Position numbers and translations under genes: made by a program. From an uncultured Bacillales bacterium (GTDB lineage Bacteria > Bacillota > Bacilli > Tepidibacillales > Tepidibacillaceae), in assembly GCA_964568525.1 (NCBI GenBank), contig CAZMPM010000001.1:21307-85306 (forward strand): 64,000 nucleotides of DNA. Direction: 5' to 3'. The notes beneath the pieces were generated by a model. It was not told the origin of the DNA. It did no database searches and saw nothing but the letters and a program-made list of their open reading frames with translations. Below, piece by piece: positions 47,180 through 56,534 of the stretch. Within the stretch, counting starts at the first letter, position 1. Each line of letters starts with the position of its first letter.

Positions 47180-48253
47180 ATGCAGAAAAGTAGGTTGATT
47201 GATATAAGTGTTTTATTAATAGTTATGAGTCTTTTGATTGTGGGTTGCAATGGCGATCAAACGCGTCCGATAATTGATCCTAGTAAAAAAGGAGATTCCT
47301 TTGCTTATGTGATTTATGAAGATAAGCCGATGATTTCACTAGCAAAATTAGCAGATTTTTATGGATTTACCTATGATTATGATGATTTTGAAGGGATTGT
47401 AACTATGATTGATGGTCGGAATGACTATTATTTATTGCAAGAGACTCCTGTAATAGCGAAAAATGGTATTTTTATTGCGAACAAGGATAAGCCTTATGTT
47501 ACGACTGAGAATGAGGTTTTCATAACTTTTGAAACGCTTAAGAATCTACTCAATTATCGCAGTGAACTTGACAATCAAACCATGCAAGCGACAGTTTTTT
47601 CTTCCAGTGATGATAATTCGGAAGGCCTAGTTAAGTACACTGAATTTCAACAAAAATTTGCGAGTTTAACTGCGGCTGATTTAACTGAATATCTTTCCTT
47701 CTTAAACAAACCTTTAGCCGGCGCACAGGTCACTGCTCGTGACTCACAAATGCCAGGTGCCCCTAGAGATTATCGCAATGGAACGCATGAAGGCTTGGAT
47801 TGGTACAGCGGGTATACTGGGATTGATGTTAATAGATCAACGCAGGTTTTATCAATAGCTGAGGGCACGGTTGTTAGGGCTGATCATGATTATATTGAGT
47901 ACACAGTATCAGACAGGGATAAGATTCTTAATTACGCTGTTACCTTACCACATACACCACAATATATTTTAGATGGTTTACGTGGCAGAACTGTTTGGGT
48001 GCAATATGCTGATGGTGTAATGGCTCGCTATGCTCATTTAGATAGCATTGCCTCTGAGGTTATAATTGGTAGCACGGTCAATCAAGGCCAAGTAATAGGT
48101 TATGTTGGGAATTCCGGCACTAGTTATGGAATCGACGGAAATGATTTGGGATTACATTTGCACTTAGATTTATTGATTTATAATCATCTATTTTGGGAAC
48201 ATTTATCACAACAGGAGATTCGTGAAGTTCTTGAAAATATTTTTCCTCGCTAA
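47180..48253 (+). CDS. M23 family metallopeptidase lipoprotein
   Basis: Lipobox LLIVGCNG and the M23 motifs HEGLDW (HxxxD) and GNSGTS...GLHLHLDL (HxH). A GGGAG RBS precedes the ATG at 47180. Confidence 0.8.
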   Translation: MQKSRLIDISVLLIVMSLLIVGCNGDQTRPIIDPSKKGDSFAYVIYEDKPMISLAKLADFYGFTYDYDDFEGIVTMIDGRNDYYLLQETPVIAKNGIFIANKDKPYVTTENEVFITFETLKNLLNYRSELDNQTMQATVFSSSDDNSEGLVKYTEFQQKFASLTAADLTEYLSFLNKPLAGAQVTARDSQMPGAPRDYRNGTHEGLDWYSGYTGIDVNRSTQVLSIAEGTVVRADHDYIEYTVSDRDKILNYAVTLPHTPQYILDGLRGRTVWVQYADGVMARYAHLDSIASEVIIGSTVNQGQVIGYVGNSGTSYGIDGNDLGLHLHLDLLIYNHLFWEHLSQQEIREVLENIFPR

Positions 48254-48362
48254 AAATGAGAGTGTAAAATGAGTGGACAAGTTGATTTAGCATTGTGTAT
48301 AATCAAAATTGAGTTGTTAATTGAAATATAGTCGAATTATATAGAAGAATGGAGGCAGTACA

Positions 48363-48644
48363 ATGTGTGATGGCAATGGTAATTGCGGATGTGGTAGCAA
48401 CGAAGAATATGTAGAGACAGTGAAATTAGTTGATGAAAACGGCGAAGAACGCGAATTTGCGATAATTACTGTTTTTGAGTTAGATGAGCAAGAATATGCA
48501 GTTTTAGTAGCTACAGACGAATCAGACGAAGAAGGCGTAATTTTGCGATTAGAAGAAGAAGATGGCGAAGAGTACCTTGTTGATATCGATGATGATCAAG
48601 AGTGGGAAAGAGTTGTCGCAGCTTACGAAGAATTAGTAGAATAA
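48363..48644 (+). CDS. DUF1292 family protein (second paralogue) with Cys-rich N-terminus
   Basis: EEREFAIITVFELDEQEYAVLV...EEYLVDIDDDQEWERVVAAYEEL, preceded by MCDGNGNCGCGS. Confidence 0.75.
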   Translation: MCDGNGNCGCGSNEEYVETVKLVDENGEEREFAIITVFELDEQEYAVLVATDESDEEGVILRLEEEDGEEYLVDIDDDQEWERVVAAYEELVE

Positions 48645-48660
48645 TTAATCTGAATTATCA

Positions 48661-48690
48661 AAAGACTGCGTAAAGCAGTCTTTTTTTTTC
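48661..48690 (+). terminator. rho-independent terminator
   Basis: AAAGACTGC-GTAA-GCAGTCTTT followed by a 9-T run. Confidence 0.8.
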
Positions 48691-48698
48691 TATAAAAC

Positions 48699-48712
48699 AG
48701 AACAAATGTTCC
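48699..48712 (+). promoter_or_regulatory. LexA (DinR) SOS box
   Basis: AGAACAAATGTTCC matches the Gram-positive Cheo box CGAAC-N4-GTTYC at 13 of 14 positions. It lies 10 nt upstream of a TATAAT (48723-48728) and about 50 nt before dinB. Confidence 0.65.
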
Positions 48713-48759
48713 TGATTTAGTGTATAATAAAATTATCAAATAATCTGTGAGTGAGAACG

Positions 48760-49998
48760 ATGGAAAAAACGACTAGAACGATATTTTTAGTGGACATTCA
48801 AAGTTTCTTTGCTGCAGTTGAGGAAGCAGATAATCCTGATTTAAAGGGTAAAAAGGTTGTCGTCAGCGGTGATCCGGAGAAACGACATGGTATTACCTTA
48901 GCGGCAAATCCTGCTGCCAAAAGTTGCGGCGTAAAAACGGCAATGCCAATCTGGCAGGTGAAAAACCTCTGTCCTGATGCCACTTTTGTGCGTCCGCGCA
49001 TGGGTAGATATGTCGAGGCTTCAATTCAGATAACAGAAATCTTGAACCAATTTACTGATGAGATAGAGGTTTTCTCGATTGACGAGCAGTTTCTTGATGT
49101 CACAAATGTAATTTCGTTGTTTGGTTCAGCTGAGCAAATCGCCCGGAAAATTGAGGAACGAGTTTACAATGAGGTTGGTGTTAATGCAAAGGTTGGTATT
49201 GGTCAAAATAAAATTCAAGCTAAGATGGCCTGTGATAATTTTGCGAAGAAAAACAAGGATGGTATTTTTCGCCTGGATTCAAGTAACTATCTGCGATTAA
49301 CAGCTGATCTGCCAGTAAACAAGCTGTTTGGTGTTGGTGGTCGGATGCGACGAAATCTTGAACGAATTGGCATTTATACAATTGGTGATTTAGCTAGAAG
49401 ACCTCTGGCTGATTTAGAGAAGCGCTGGGGCATTAACGGACATGTCCTCTGGATGAGCGCACAAGGGATTGACCACTCGCCAGTAACTAATAATTCGACG
49501 GAAAAACATAAAAGTGTTGGCAATAGCATAACGCTCCCTAGAGATTACGATAAGAAAGAAGATATAGAGATTATTCTACTTGAATTGTCTGATGAGGTTG
49601 CGCGTAGAGTTCGCGGGATGGAGCTTAAAGCAAGAACCGTTAATGTACATGTGCGAGGTGGAGATTTAGAGGCGCATAATGGGTTTAATCGCCAGCTGAC
49701 TTTAGCTTCACCGACAGATGATACCTTAGATATCTATGAGGCTAGTAGAATAATTTTCGACACATATTGGAATCGAACACCGATTCGCAGTATTGGCTTA
49801 AATTTAACGCAATTAGAAGATTCCTATGAGCTGCAGCTTGATCTATTTTCTGATATTGAACGAAATGAAAAAATTGGTAATGTGATTGATGAGATTCGAA
49901 ACAAACACGGTAAAACTTCAATTTTCAGAGCCTCGTCGTTGCAACCTAAAGGTTTATTTTTTGATCGTGCTAATAAAATTGGGGGACATCAGAAATGA
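48760..49998 (+). CDS. dinB: DNA polymerase IV (Y-family)
   Basis: IFLVDIQSFFAAVE, SIDEQFLDV and a little-finger domain. ATG at 48760. Confidence 0.9.
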   Translation: MEKTTRTIFLVDIQSFFAAVEEADNPDLKGKKVVVSGDPEKRHGITLAANPAAKSCGVKTAMPIWQVKNLCPDATFVRPRMGRYVEASIQITEILNQFTDEIEVFSIDEQFLDVTNVISLFGSAEQIARKIEERVYNEVGVNAKVGIGQNKIQAKMACDNFAKKNKDGIFRLDSSNYLRLTADLPVNKLFGVGGRMRRNLERIGIYTIGDLARRPLADLEKRWGINGHVLWMSAQGIDHSPVTNNSTEKHKSVGNSITLPRDYDKKEDIEIILLELSDEVARRVRGMELKARTVNVHVRGGDLEAHNGFNRQLTLASPTDDTLDIYEASRIIFDTYWNRTPIRSIGLNLTQLEDSYELQLDLFSDIERNEKIGNVIDEIRNKHGKTSIFRASSLQPKGLFFDRANKIGGHQK

Positions 49999-50327
49999 AA
50001 CGTGGGAATTTATTATGGGAAGGTAGCCGTATGATGCTTGCTGAGCACCGTAAATTATTAAATAGCACTAACCTACATAGACGTAATAATTGTGAAGAAG
50101 AGATTAGTAGTGACCAGATAAACTTTGAGGAGTGGCAGCGTACCTGGGGAGAAGCGCTATCTAAGGACTTAGAAATACGTATTCGGCTAAAAGGTACCAA
50201 GAAGAAAATAATAACGGGCAAGATTAATGGCTGGTGTTTTGAAGAGGGTTATATTTTATTAATTGATACGCAAGGAATTAAAAATAAGGTTATAATTAGT
50301 GAAATAGTTGATTTAATGATAAAATAA
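49995..50327 (+). CDS. YolD-like protein
   Basis: About 110 aa with WEGSRMMLAEHRKLL near the N-terminus. Its start overlaps the dinB stop (ATGA), the usual pairing with Y-family polymerases in Bacilli. Confidence 0.7.
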   Translation: MKRGNLLWEGSRMMLAEHRKLLNSTNLHRRNNCEEEISSDQINFEEWQRTWGEALSKDLEIRIRLKGTKKKIITGKINGWCFEEGYILLIDTQGIKNKVIISEIVDLMIK

Positions 50328-50357
50328 TCTTAATTCAAATAAATGGGGGAATTATTG

Positions 50358-51194
50358 ATGGCAAGGGTTATAGAGTATATTGTCGACAATCCAAAAGCTG
50401 TTGTAGTAACGGTCCATGGTTTAGGAGAACATTTTGGAAGATATCAACATGTTGGCGAGTGGTTAAACAGTCAACAAATTAACATGATTGGTGGCGACCT
50501 ACCGGGTTTTGGCACCTCTACACTGCTACGAGGACATATCGATAGTTTTAATGATTATTTAAATCAGGTTGATCAGTGGCTAAGCTATGCAAAAATAAAA
50601 TGGACTGAAGTACCATTAATTTTGTATGGACATAGCCTTGGTGGGTTGATTGTAATTCGTTATTTGCAAAAACGCAATGTTGCTAGTGTTTTAGCAGGAG
50701 TTGCTGTTACGTCGCCTTCTTTAAGCGTCAAGCTAGAATTATCGAGCGGTCTTTTATTTGTTGCTGGAGTTTTACAGAAAATTGCACCGAAAATTAAATT
50801 TAGCAGCGGAATTAAACCAGAGGCAGTCAGTCGCCATCCACAAATTAGGGCAACTTATGGCACTGATCCGTTAAATTATGGTAAGGTTAGTGCTGGACTT
50901 TTTTCTGAGATGCAATTAGCGATGAAAGAGGCTTGGGAGGATGTTGCTGAGATTGACCGCATTGGTATACCGATGCTTTTTCTGCAAGCAGGCGATGATC
51001 AACTGGTAGATCCTGATAAGGCTGATGAATTTGTTAAATTAATTATAAATGAGAGATTTACTTATATTAATATACCTTCGCTCTATCATGAAGTGTTTAA
51101 TGAGCCAGAGCGTGATATCTACCTGAAATTGTTTTCAGACTGGATACTAGATACCATACAATACAGTGAAAGGCCGTTAGTCATTTCTGACTAA
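50358..51194 (+). CDS. alpha/beta hydrolase (lysophospholipase/monoglyceride lipase-like)
   Basis: HGLGEH, a nucleophile elbow GHSLGG, and a C-terminal HEVFNE (catalytic His region). Confidence 0.8.
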   Translation: MARVIEYIVDNPKAVVVTVHGLGEHFGRYQHVGEWLNSQQINMIGGDLPGFGTSTLLRGHIDSFNDYLNQVDQWLSYAKIKWTEVPLILYGHSLGGLIVIRYLQKRNVASVLAGVAVTSPSLSVKLELSSGLLFVAGVLQKIAPKIKFSSGIKPEAVSRHPQIRATYGTDPLNYGKVSAGLFSEMQLAMKEAWEDVAEIDRIGIPMLFLQAGDDQLVDPDKADEFVKLIINERFTYINIPSLYHEVFNEPERDIYLKLFSDWILDTIQYSERPLVISD

Positions 51195-51205
51195 CGGATC
51201 TTTTC

Positions 51206-52717
51206 TTAATATAATGCAATTGCTTTACGTTCTTTAATTACTTTAATTGTATTGAGGGTAATATCTTCTGAACCCTGCACCGGCAGTCCCGCTACCTTAT
51301 TTTTCAAAATATAATCAATATTGTCCCGTGTAATCACTTCCCCAGGGAGTAAAACTGGGATTCCCGGTGGATAGATTGTTATAAACTCGGCGATTATGTG
51401 CCCCTCAGATTCTGTGAACGGAATTGTATCCGTTTCGCTGTAAAAAGCGTCACGAGGTGATAGTGCCATCGCTGGTATTTCCGGTAATTTAACGATTGCG
51501 TGGTTTAAACGGACATTTTGGCTATGCTGTTCAGATAAACTTTTTAAAGCAGTAAGCAACAGATCGATGGTAGCTTTAGAATCGCCGTTTGTTACGATGC
51601 ACAATAGGTTATAAAGACCGCTAAGTTCTACTTCAATGCGATAATTGTCCCGCAACCAATCCTCCGCTTGTTGCCCGGTAATACCAAGCTCTGTAATGTT
51701 GATGATTATTTTCGTCGGATCTAAATCATATGTTGCTTCAGTACCGAGTATTTCTCTGCCAGGACAATAAAGTCCTTTAATCTGATTAATCTGCGTACGA
51801 AGATACTCACTAAGTTCAATTGTTTTATCTAAAGCTTCTTCTCCCATTGTAGCAAAATTCTTACGAGCAACATCTAGTGAAGCTAAGAGAAGGTATGAAG
51901 TTGATGTTGTTGTAAGCATGCTCATAATTGCTTGTACGCGCTTAGGATTCACTAAGCCGCTTTTCATATTCAAAACAGAACTTTGAGTCATTGAACCGCC
52001 AAGTTTGTGCAGGCTAGTCGCTGCTAAATCGGCACCTGCTTCCATAGCCGAAAGTGGTAGTCGAGAATTAAAATTTAAATGTGCTCCATGTGCTTCATCT
52101 ACCAGTACGGGTATTTTGTACGAGTGAGCAATATCAACAATGGCTTGCAGATTTGCTGCTATACCATAATAGGTCGGATTAATAACTAGAACAGCTTTAG
52201 CATCAGGATGTTGCAATAGGGCATGTTTTACCGAATCTGGCGTGATGCCATGGGCAATTCCGAGTCTTTCATCCATTTCTGGATGTATAAAAATCGGATA
52301 TGCACCTGCAAAAATAATCCCCGACAAAATTGATTTGTGCACATTCCGCTGAACAATAATTTTATCGCCAGGTGTACAAACCGCCATAATCATTGCTATT
52401 ATTGCAGTGCTTGTCCCTTGAACGGAGAAAAAGGTATAGTCCGCACCAAATGCTTCTGCCGCTAGTTCTTCTGCATCCCTAATAATGCCGTGTGGAGAAT
52501 GCAAATCATCTAATGGTGCAATGTTGATTAGATCGATTGCTAACGCATTTGCACCAATAAATTCCTTAAATTCCGGGTCGATTCCTGCCCCTTTTTTGTG
52601 GCCTGGAATATGAAACTGCACAGGATTGCTTGCGGCATACTTAGTTAAAGCTGTAAATAAGGGTGTTTCATCTTGTCTGCTTATAGTAACATCACTCTTT
52701 CTGAAGAATAAATACAA
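51206..52717 (-). CDS. speA: arginine (Orn/Lys/Arg) decarboxylase, SpeA-like, PLP-dependent
   Basis: Collinear with my memory of B. subtilis SpeA (PVQFHIPGHKKGAG, FFSVQGTS, ATSLHKLGGSMTQSS, PPGIPVLLPGE). The start codon is uncertain (TTG, weak RBS). Confidence 0.85.
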   Translation of the reverse strand: MYLFFRKSDVTISRQDETPLFTALTKYAASNPVQFHIPGHKKGAGIDPEFKEFIGANALAIDLINIAPLDDLHSPHGIIRDAEELAAEAFGADYTFFSVQGTSTAIIAMIMAVCTPGDKIIVQRNVHKSILSGIIFAGAYPIFIHPEMDERLGIAHGITPDSVKHALLQHPDAKAVLVINPTYYGIAANLQAIVDIAHSYKIPVLVDEAHGAHLNFNSRLPLSAMEAGADLAATSLHKLGGSMTQSSVLNMKSGLVNPKRVQAIMSMLTTTSTSYLLLASLDVARKNFATMGEEALDKTIELSEYLRTQINQIKGLYCPGREILGTEATYDLDPTKIIINITELGITGQQAEDWLRDNYRIEVELSGLYNLLCIVTNGDSKATIDLLLTALKSLSEQHSQNVRLNHAIVKLPEIPAMALSPRDAFYSETDTIPFTESEGHIIAEFITIYPPGIPVLLPGEVITRDNIDYILKNKVAGLPVQGSEDITLNTIKVIKERKAIALY

Positions 52718-52806
52718 ATGGATAAACCATTTGCTTTTGGTTCTAATATAATTATTATAAATTATTTTCTCAATACTTTCATTATAAGTATAAACTTTTA
52801 AATAAC

Positions 52807-52835
52807 TTGTTTATCCAATAGTGCAGTTATATAAT
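52807..52835 (+). promoter_or_regulatory. sigma-A type promoter for nfo
   Basis: TTGTTT, a 17-nt spacer, then TATAAT (52830-52835). Confidence 0.5.
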
Positions 52836-52882
52836 AAAATATGTTGGTAAAATTAACTAATAACCTGGAGGGGAATTACGAA

Positions 52883-53716
52883 ATGCAGATTGGTTGTCAT
52901 TTAAGTATCAGAAAAGGGCTCTATTCAGCAGGTGAAAAGGCGATTGACCTTGGTGCCAATGCTTTCCAAATTTTCACCAAAAATCCCCGTTCTTTACGAC
53001 CGAAAAATCTAGATTTGGCCGATGCCATTAAAGGTAAGGAGTTCTGTGCTGAACATAACCTTAGCATTCTCTGTCATACACCCTATATAACGAACTTATC
53101 AACACCAAAGGATGATCTGCATCTGTTATCAGTTGATTCGCTAGTTGAAGACCTCAAAATCGTAGAGGCTTATGGTTCGATTGGCGGAGTCGTGCATTGT
53201 GGCAAACATGTTGGTGAAGGCGTGGAATATGGGATACAACGAATGGTTGAGACCCTAAATCTTATTTTTGACCGTTATGATGGACCGGCGATGTTACTTT
53301 TGGAGAATACTGCTGGTATGGGAACGGAGATCGGAATGGAGCCAGATGAGCTTGTACAGATTCGCCAGATGACCAAATACCCTGAAAGAATTGGTTTTTG
53401 CTTCGATACTTGTCATGCGTTCGCGGCAGGAATTTGGAATAATGAACTATTTGATCAGTTTATGGTGTCGATCGAAAAGAGCGGTTTTCTTGAGAACCTT
53501 GTTGCGCTACATTTTAATGATTGTAAGGATGCTTTTAATAACAAGAAGGATCGTCATGCGAAAATCGGCGAAGGGCAGATTGGAATTTCTGCCTTACAGA
53601 AGTTTTTAAAGTCTGAAAAATTGGCGCATATTCCTTTCCTACTCGAGACGCCGGTTGATGATGAAGAGGAATATCGTGATGAAATTGTGCTTTTGAAACG
53701 ATTAATAGCAAATTAG
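52883..53716 (+). CDS. nfo: deoxyribonuclease IV (endonuclease IV)
   Basis: IGCHLS, CHTPYITNL, LLENTAG, CFDTCHAFAAG and HFNDC metal-ligand pattern. A GGAGGGG RBS precedes the ATG at 52883. Confidence 0.9.
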   Translation: MQIGCHLSIRKGLYSAGEKAIDLGANAFQIFTKNPRSLRPKNLDLADAIKGKEFCAEHNLSILCHTPYITNLSTPKDDLHLLSVDSLVEDLKIVEAYGSIGGVVHCGKHVGEGVEYGIQRMVETLNLIFDRYDGPAMLLLENTAGMGTEIGMEPDELVQIRQMTKYPERIGFCFDTCHAFAAGIWNNELFDQFMVSIEKSGFLENLVALHFNDCKDAFNNKKDRHAKIGEGQIGISALQKFLKSEKLAHIPFLLETPVDDEEEYRDEIVLLKRLIAN

Positions 53717-53750
53717 AAAGTTACAGAAACCATTTAAGGGTGTGTTTATT

Positions 53751-54794
53751 TTGACAAACGATGAGAACGACTTTACATTAAGCAGAGTAAATCAACGAAA
53801 GAAATTACAAAAACAGATTCTGATTGGTATAGGGATTGCTGCACTGGTTGCATTAGTAGCGCTATTTGCATATAGTGGCTATGCTTATTGGAAATTTATT
53901 AATAAGATTTCAGAGGGACCAAATAGCGGGAGTGAATCTATCGAAACAGCACAACGTCTTGAAAATCAGGCTTTTGCTACCTTGATTATTGGTTTAGATG
54001 TACGTGAAAAAGTAATGGATTATAATACGGACGTTTTAATTGTTGCGATTTTAAATCCAGAGACAAAAAAATCAACATTGCTGTCTATCCCTCGCGATAC
54101 CAAGGTTAATATTCCTGGTCATGGATATTCAAAAATTAATGCCACATATGCGATCGGTGAGCAGGAAAAGCGTAAGCAAGAGCGAAACGGTGAAATACCA
54201 ACAATTAGTGGTACCAGTCTTCTCTTACAGGTTGTATCTGATTATCTGTATATACCGGTTAATCATTATGTATTTTTGGACTTCCAAGGTTTTGTGGCAA
54301 TGGTAGACCAACTTGGTGGCATTACTGTAAATGTGGACCGTTATATGAATTACGTTGGCGATTCTGATGGGACGTATATAAACCTAAAACCAGGCGTACA
54401 AAAGTTGTCGGGTAAGCAGGCGCTTGATTTTGCACGTTTCCGTCTGTCTTCTGATGGTAATGATTCAAGTGATTTTGCGCGAAACAGACGACATCAAGAG
54501 ATTATTCGAAGTTTCGTTAATGAATTGACCTCGCTTAATGGATTAAGCAATATTTTCAGTATCTTAAACGCTGCCGGCGATCACACGAAGGTCAGCCTTA
54601 GCAAAAACGAAATATTACCATTAGCTCTTAAATATCGGGACATTAAGTCCGAGAATATTGAGTCATTAAAGTTTGAAGGTGCATATTGGCTATCGCCATA
54701 CGTTATTGTTCCGGATGCAGATTTAGAACGCATTCAAATGGCACTTAAGGAAAGGCTTACGGTTTCTGAGGAATATATCAAACAGTTAAAATAA
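53751..54794 (+). CDS. LytR-CpsA-Psr (LCP) family cell-envelope phosphotransferase
   Basis: An N-terminal TM helix, then LIIGLDVRE...DVLIVAILNP...SIPRDT...INATYA...ALDFARFR. The start could be 53742 (GTG) or 53751 (TTG). Confidence 0.8.
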   Translation: MTNDENDFTLSRVNQRKKLQKQILIGIGIAALVALVALFAYSGYAYWKFINKISEGPNSGSESIETAQRLENQAFATLIIGLDVREKVMDYNTDVLIVAILNPETKKSTLLSIPRDTKVNIPGHGYSKINATYAIGEQEKRKQERNGEIPTISGTSLLLQVVSDYLYIPVNHYVFLDFQGFVAMVDQLGGITVNVDRYMNYVGDSDGTYINLKPGVQKLSGKQALDFARFRLSSDGNDSSDFARNRRHQEIIRSFVNELTSLNGLSNIFSILNAAGDHTKVSLSKNEILPLALKYRDIKSENIESLKFEGAYWLSPYVIVPDADLERIQMALKERLTVSEEYIKQLK

Positions 54795-54808
54795 GGATGA
54801 CAATATTT

Positions 54809-55444
54809 ATGGAAATTAAGAGATTTGTTCTTGGCTCAATGGCCGTCAATTCTTATCTTTTGGTTAATAATCGGGAGGCAATTTTAGTTGATGTAGCGGC
54901 GGGGGCAGGGGCGATTATTGAATATTTACAGGCACAGAGGATCGAGCTTAAGGCGATTTTGATTACTCATGGTCATTTTGATCATATCAGCGGGGTTGAC
55001 CAGGTTGTTGCCAAGTTTGATGTACCTGCATACATACATCATTCCGAGGCTAACTGGCTAGTTAATCCTGCTTTAAATGGTTCCGGCAGTTTTGCTTTTT
55101 TTAAAGAAGTAAGTATTAAAACTAATCCGATACAGCTATATGGAGATAGCAAGTTAAAGATTAGTGATTTTGTTTTTGACGTTATTCATACTCCGGGACA
55201 TACACCGGGCGGTTTGTCCTATATAATTGGTAGCCGGTTATTCACTGGAGACACCTTATTTAGAGATTCAATCGGCAGGACGGATCTCGGTGCTGGAAAT
55301 TATCAACAGATTATTGCTTCAATTAGTGATAAGTTATTTAAATTAGATGATAATTTGATTGTGTTACCTGGACATGGTGAAGAGAGCAGTATCGGTTATG
55401 AAAAGGCCCATAACCCTTATGTGACTGATTTAAATAGATTATAA
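54809..55444 (+). CDS. MBL-fold metallo-hydrolase (glyoxalase II-like)
   Basis: THGHFDH motif, HTPGHTPG and GDTLF. Alternative start at 54797. Confidence 0.85.
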   Translation: MEIKRFVLGSMAVNSYLLVNNREAILVDVAAGAGAIIEYLQAQRIELKAILITHGHFDHISGVDQVVAKFDVPAYIHHSEANWLVNPALNGSGSFAFFKEVSIKTNPIQLYGDSKLKISDFVFDVIHTPGHTPGGLSYIIGSRLFTGDTLFRDSIGRTDLGAGNYQQIIASISDKLFKLDDNLIVLPGHGEESSIGYEKAHNPYVTDLNRL

Positions 55445-55457
55445 GGTGTGATTGAGT

Positions 55458-56534
55458 ATGGTGTTCGTTAAATTTTTTCTGTTTTTAAGTTTAATTTTTC
55501 AAGGATTTTTCTTTCAGGTTAATCCTCAAGAAATTAGTGTGATGGTTGTGGGCGATATTATGACACACTCACCGGTTGTTCACTCTGCCTACAATCCAAG
55601 TAACGGTCAATATAATTTCGAGTCAATGTTTGCTGAGGTTAAACCTATCTTTGCGGAAGCTGACCTAGTAATTGGTAATTTAGAGTCGCCGATAGCAGGC
55701 GATCATCTTCCATTTCTTGGGTATCCGCAATTTAACGCACCTGTAGCGATTGCACCTAACTTAAAAAATGTTGGTTTCGATGTGCTAACAACGGCAAATA
55801 ATCACGCGATGGACCAATATGAAGCTGGCCTGATTAATACCTTAAATGTTCTTGACCGCTATGGTATCTACCACACGGGCAGTGCTAGGAGTGCAGAGGA
55901 GCAGGCACAAGGACTGATTGTTGATGTGTCGGGAATTCGACTTGGGATAATAGCTTATACATTTGGCACTAATAGTATCCCGTTACCTGCAGGCAAACCT
56001 TATTCGGTAAATTTATTGAATATAGATCTGATTTCTAAGGAAGTGCAGACATTAAAAGATCGAGGAGCCGATTACATAGTAGCGATGATTCACTACGGTG
56101 TTGAGTATGTTCGTTTTCCGAATGCTCAGCAAATTGAGTGGACTAATCAAATTCTTGATAGTGGCGTTGATTTTGTGCTGGGCAGTCATCCGCATGTAGT
56201 TCAACCTGTAGAAATGAAAGAAAATGGCAAAGTCGCGATATACTCTTTAGGTAATTTTATTAGCAATCAAACCAATGAGTGGAAAGACTATGGTGTGATT
56301 TTTGATTTACGCTTAACAAAGGATTTTAAAACTGGAAAGACAACGCTGACAAAAGTTGAGGCGATACCTACGTATGTTGAACGCACACCTGGAATTGGTC
56401 GGAGCGATTATTTGATTCACCCACTGATAGAAGGTTACGATAAGGTTAACCGTACAATCCAGCAAAGAGGGCGGGAGCTTTTGCAACACCTATTTAGTGA
56501 TGAAGGGAAGGCAATAGTTGAACAAGCAGCTTAA
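55458..56534 (+). CDS. CapA family (PGA_cap) metallophosphatase-like protein
   Basis: An N-terminal anchor, then VVGDIMTH, GNLESP, ANNHAMD, HYGVEY, GSHPHV and SLGNFIS. Confidence 0.8.
   Translation: MVFVKFFLFLSLIFQGFFFQVNPQEISVMVVGDIMTHSPVVHSAYNPSNGQYNFESMFAEVKPIFAEADLVIGNLESPIAGDHLPFLGYPQFNAPVAIAPNLKNVGFDVLTTANNHAMDQYEAGLINTLNVLDRYGIYHTGSARSAEEQAQGLIVDVSGIRLGIIAYTFGTNSIPLPAGKPYSVNLLNIDLISKEVQTLKDRGADYIVAMIHYGVEYVRFPNAQQIEWTNQILDSGVDFVLGSHPHVVQPVEMKENGKVAIYSLGNFISNQTNEWKDYGVIFDLRLTKDFKTGKTTLTKVEAIPTYVERTPGIGRSDYLIHPLIEGYDKVNRTIQQRGRELLQHLFSDEGKAIVEQAA

Noticed and set aside
47068-47250. A 60-aa minus-strand ORF between the stalk-domain and M23 genes.
   Set aside because: It overlaps the M23 signal-peptide region in antisense, has AT-rich low-complexity composition, and has no RBS.
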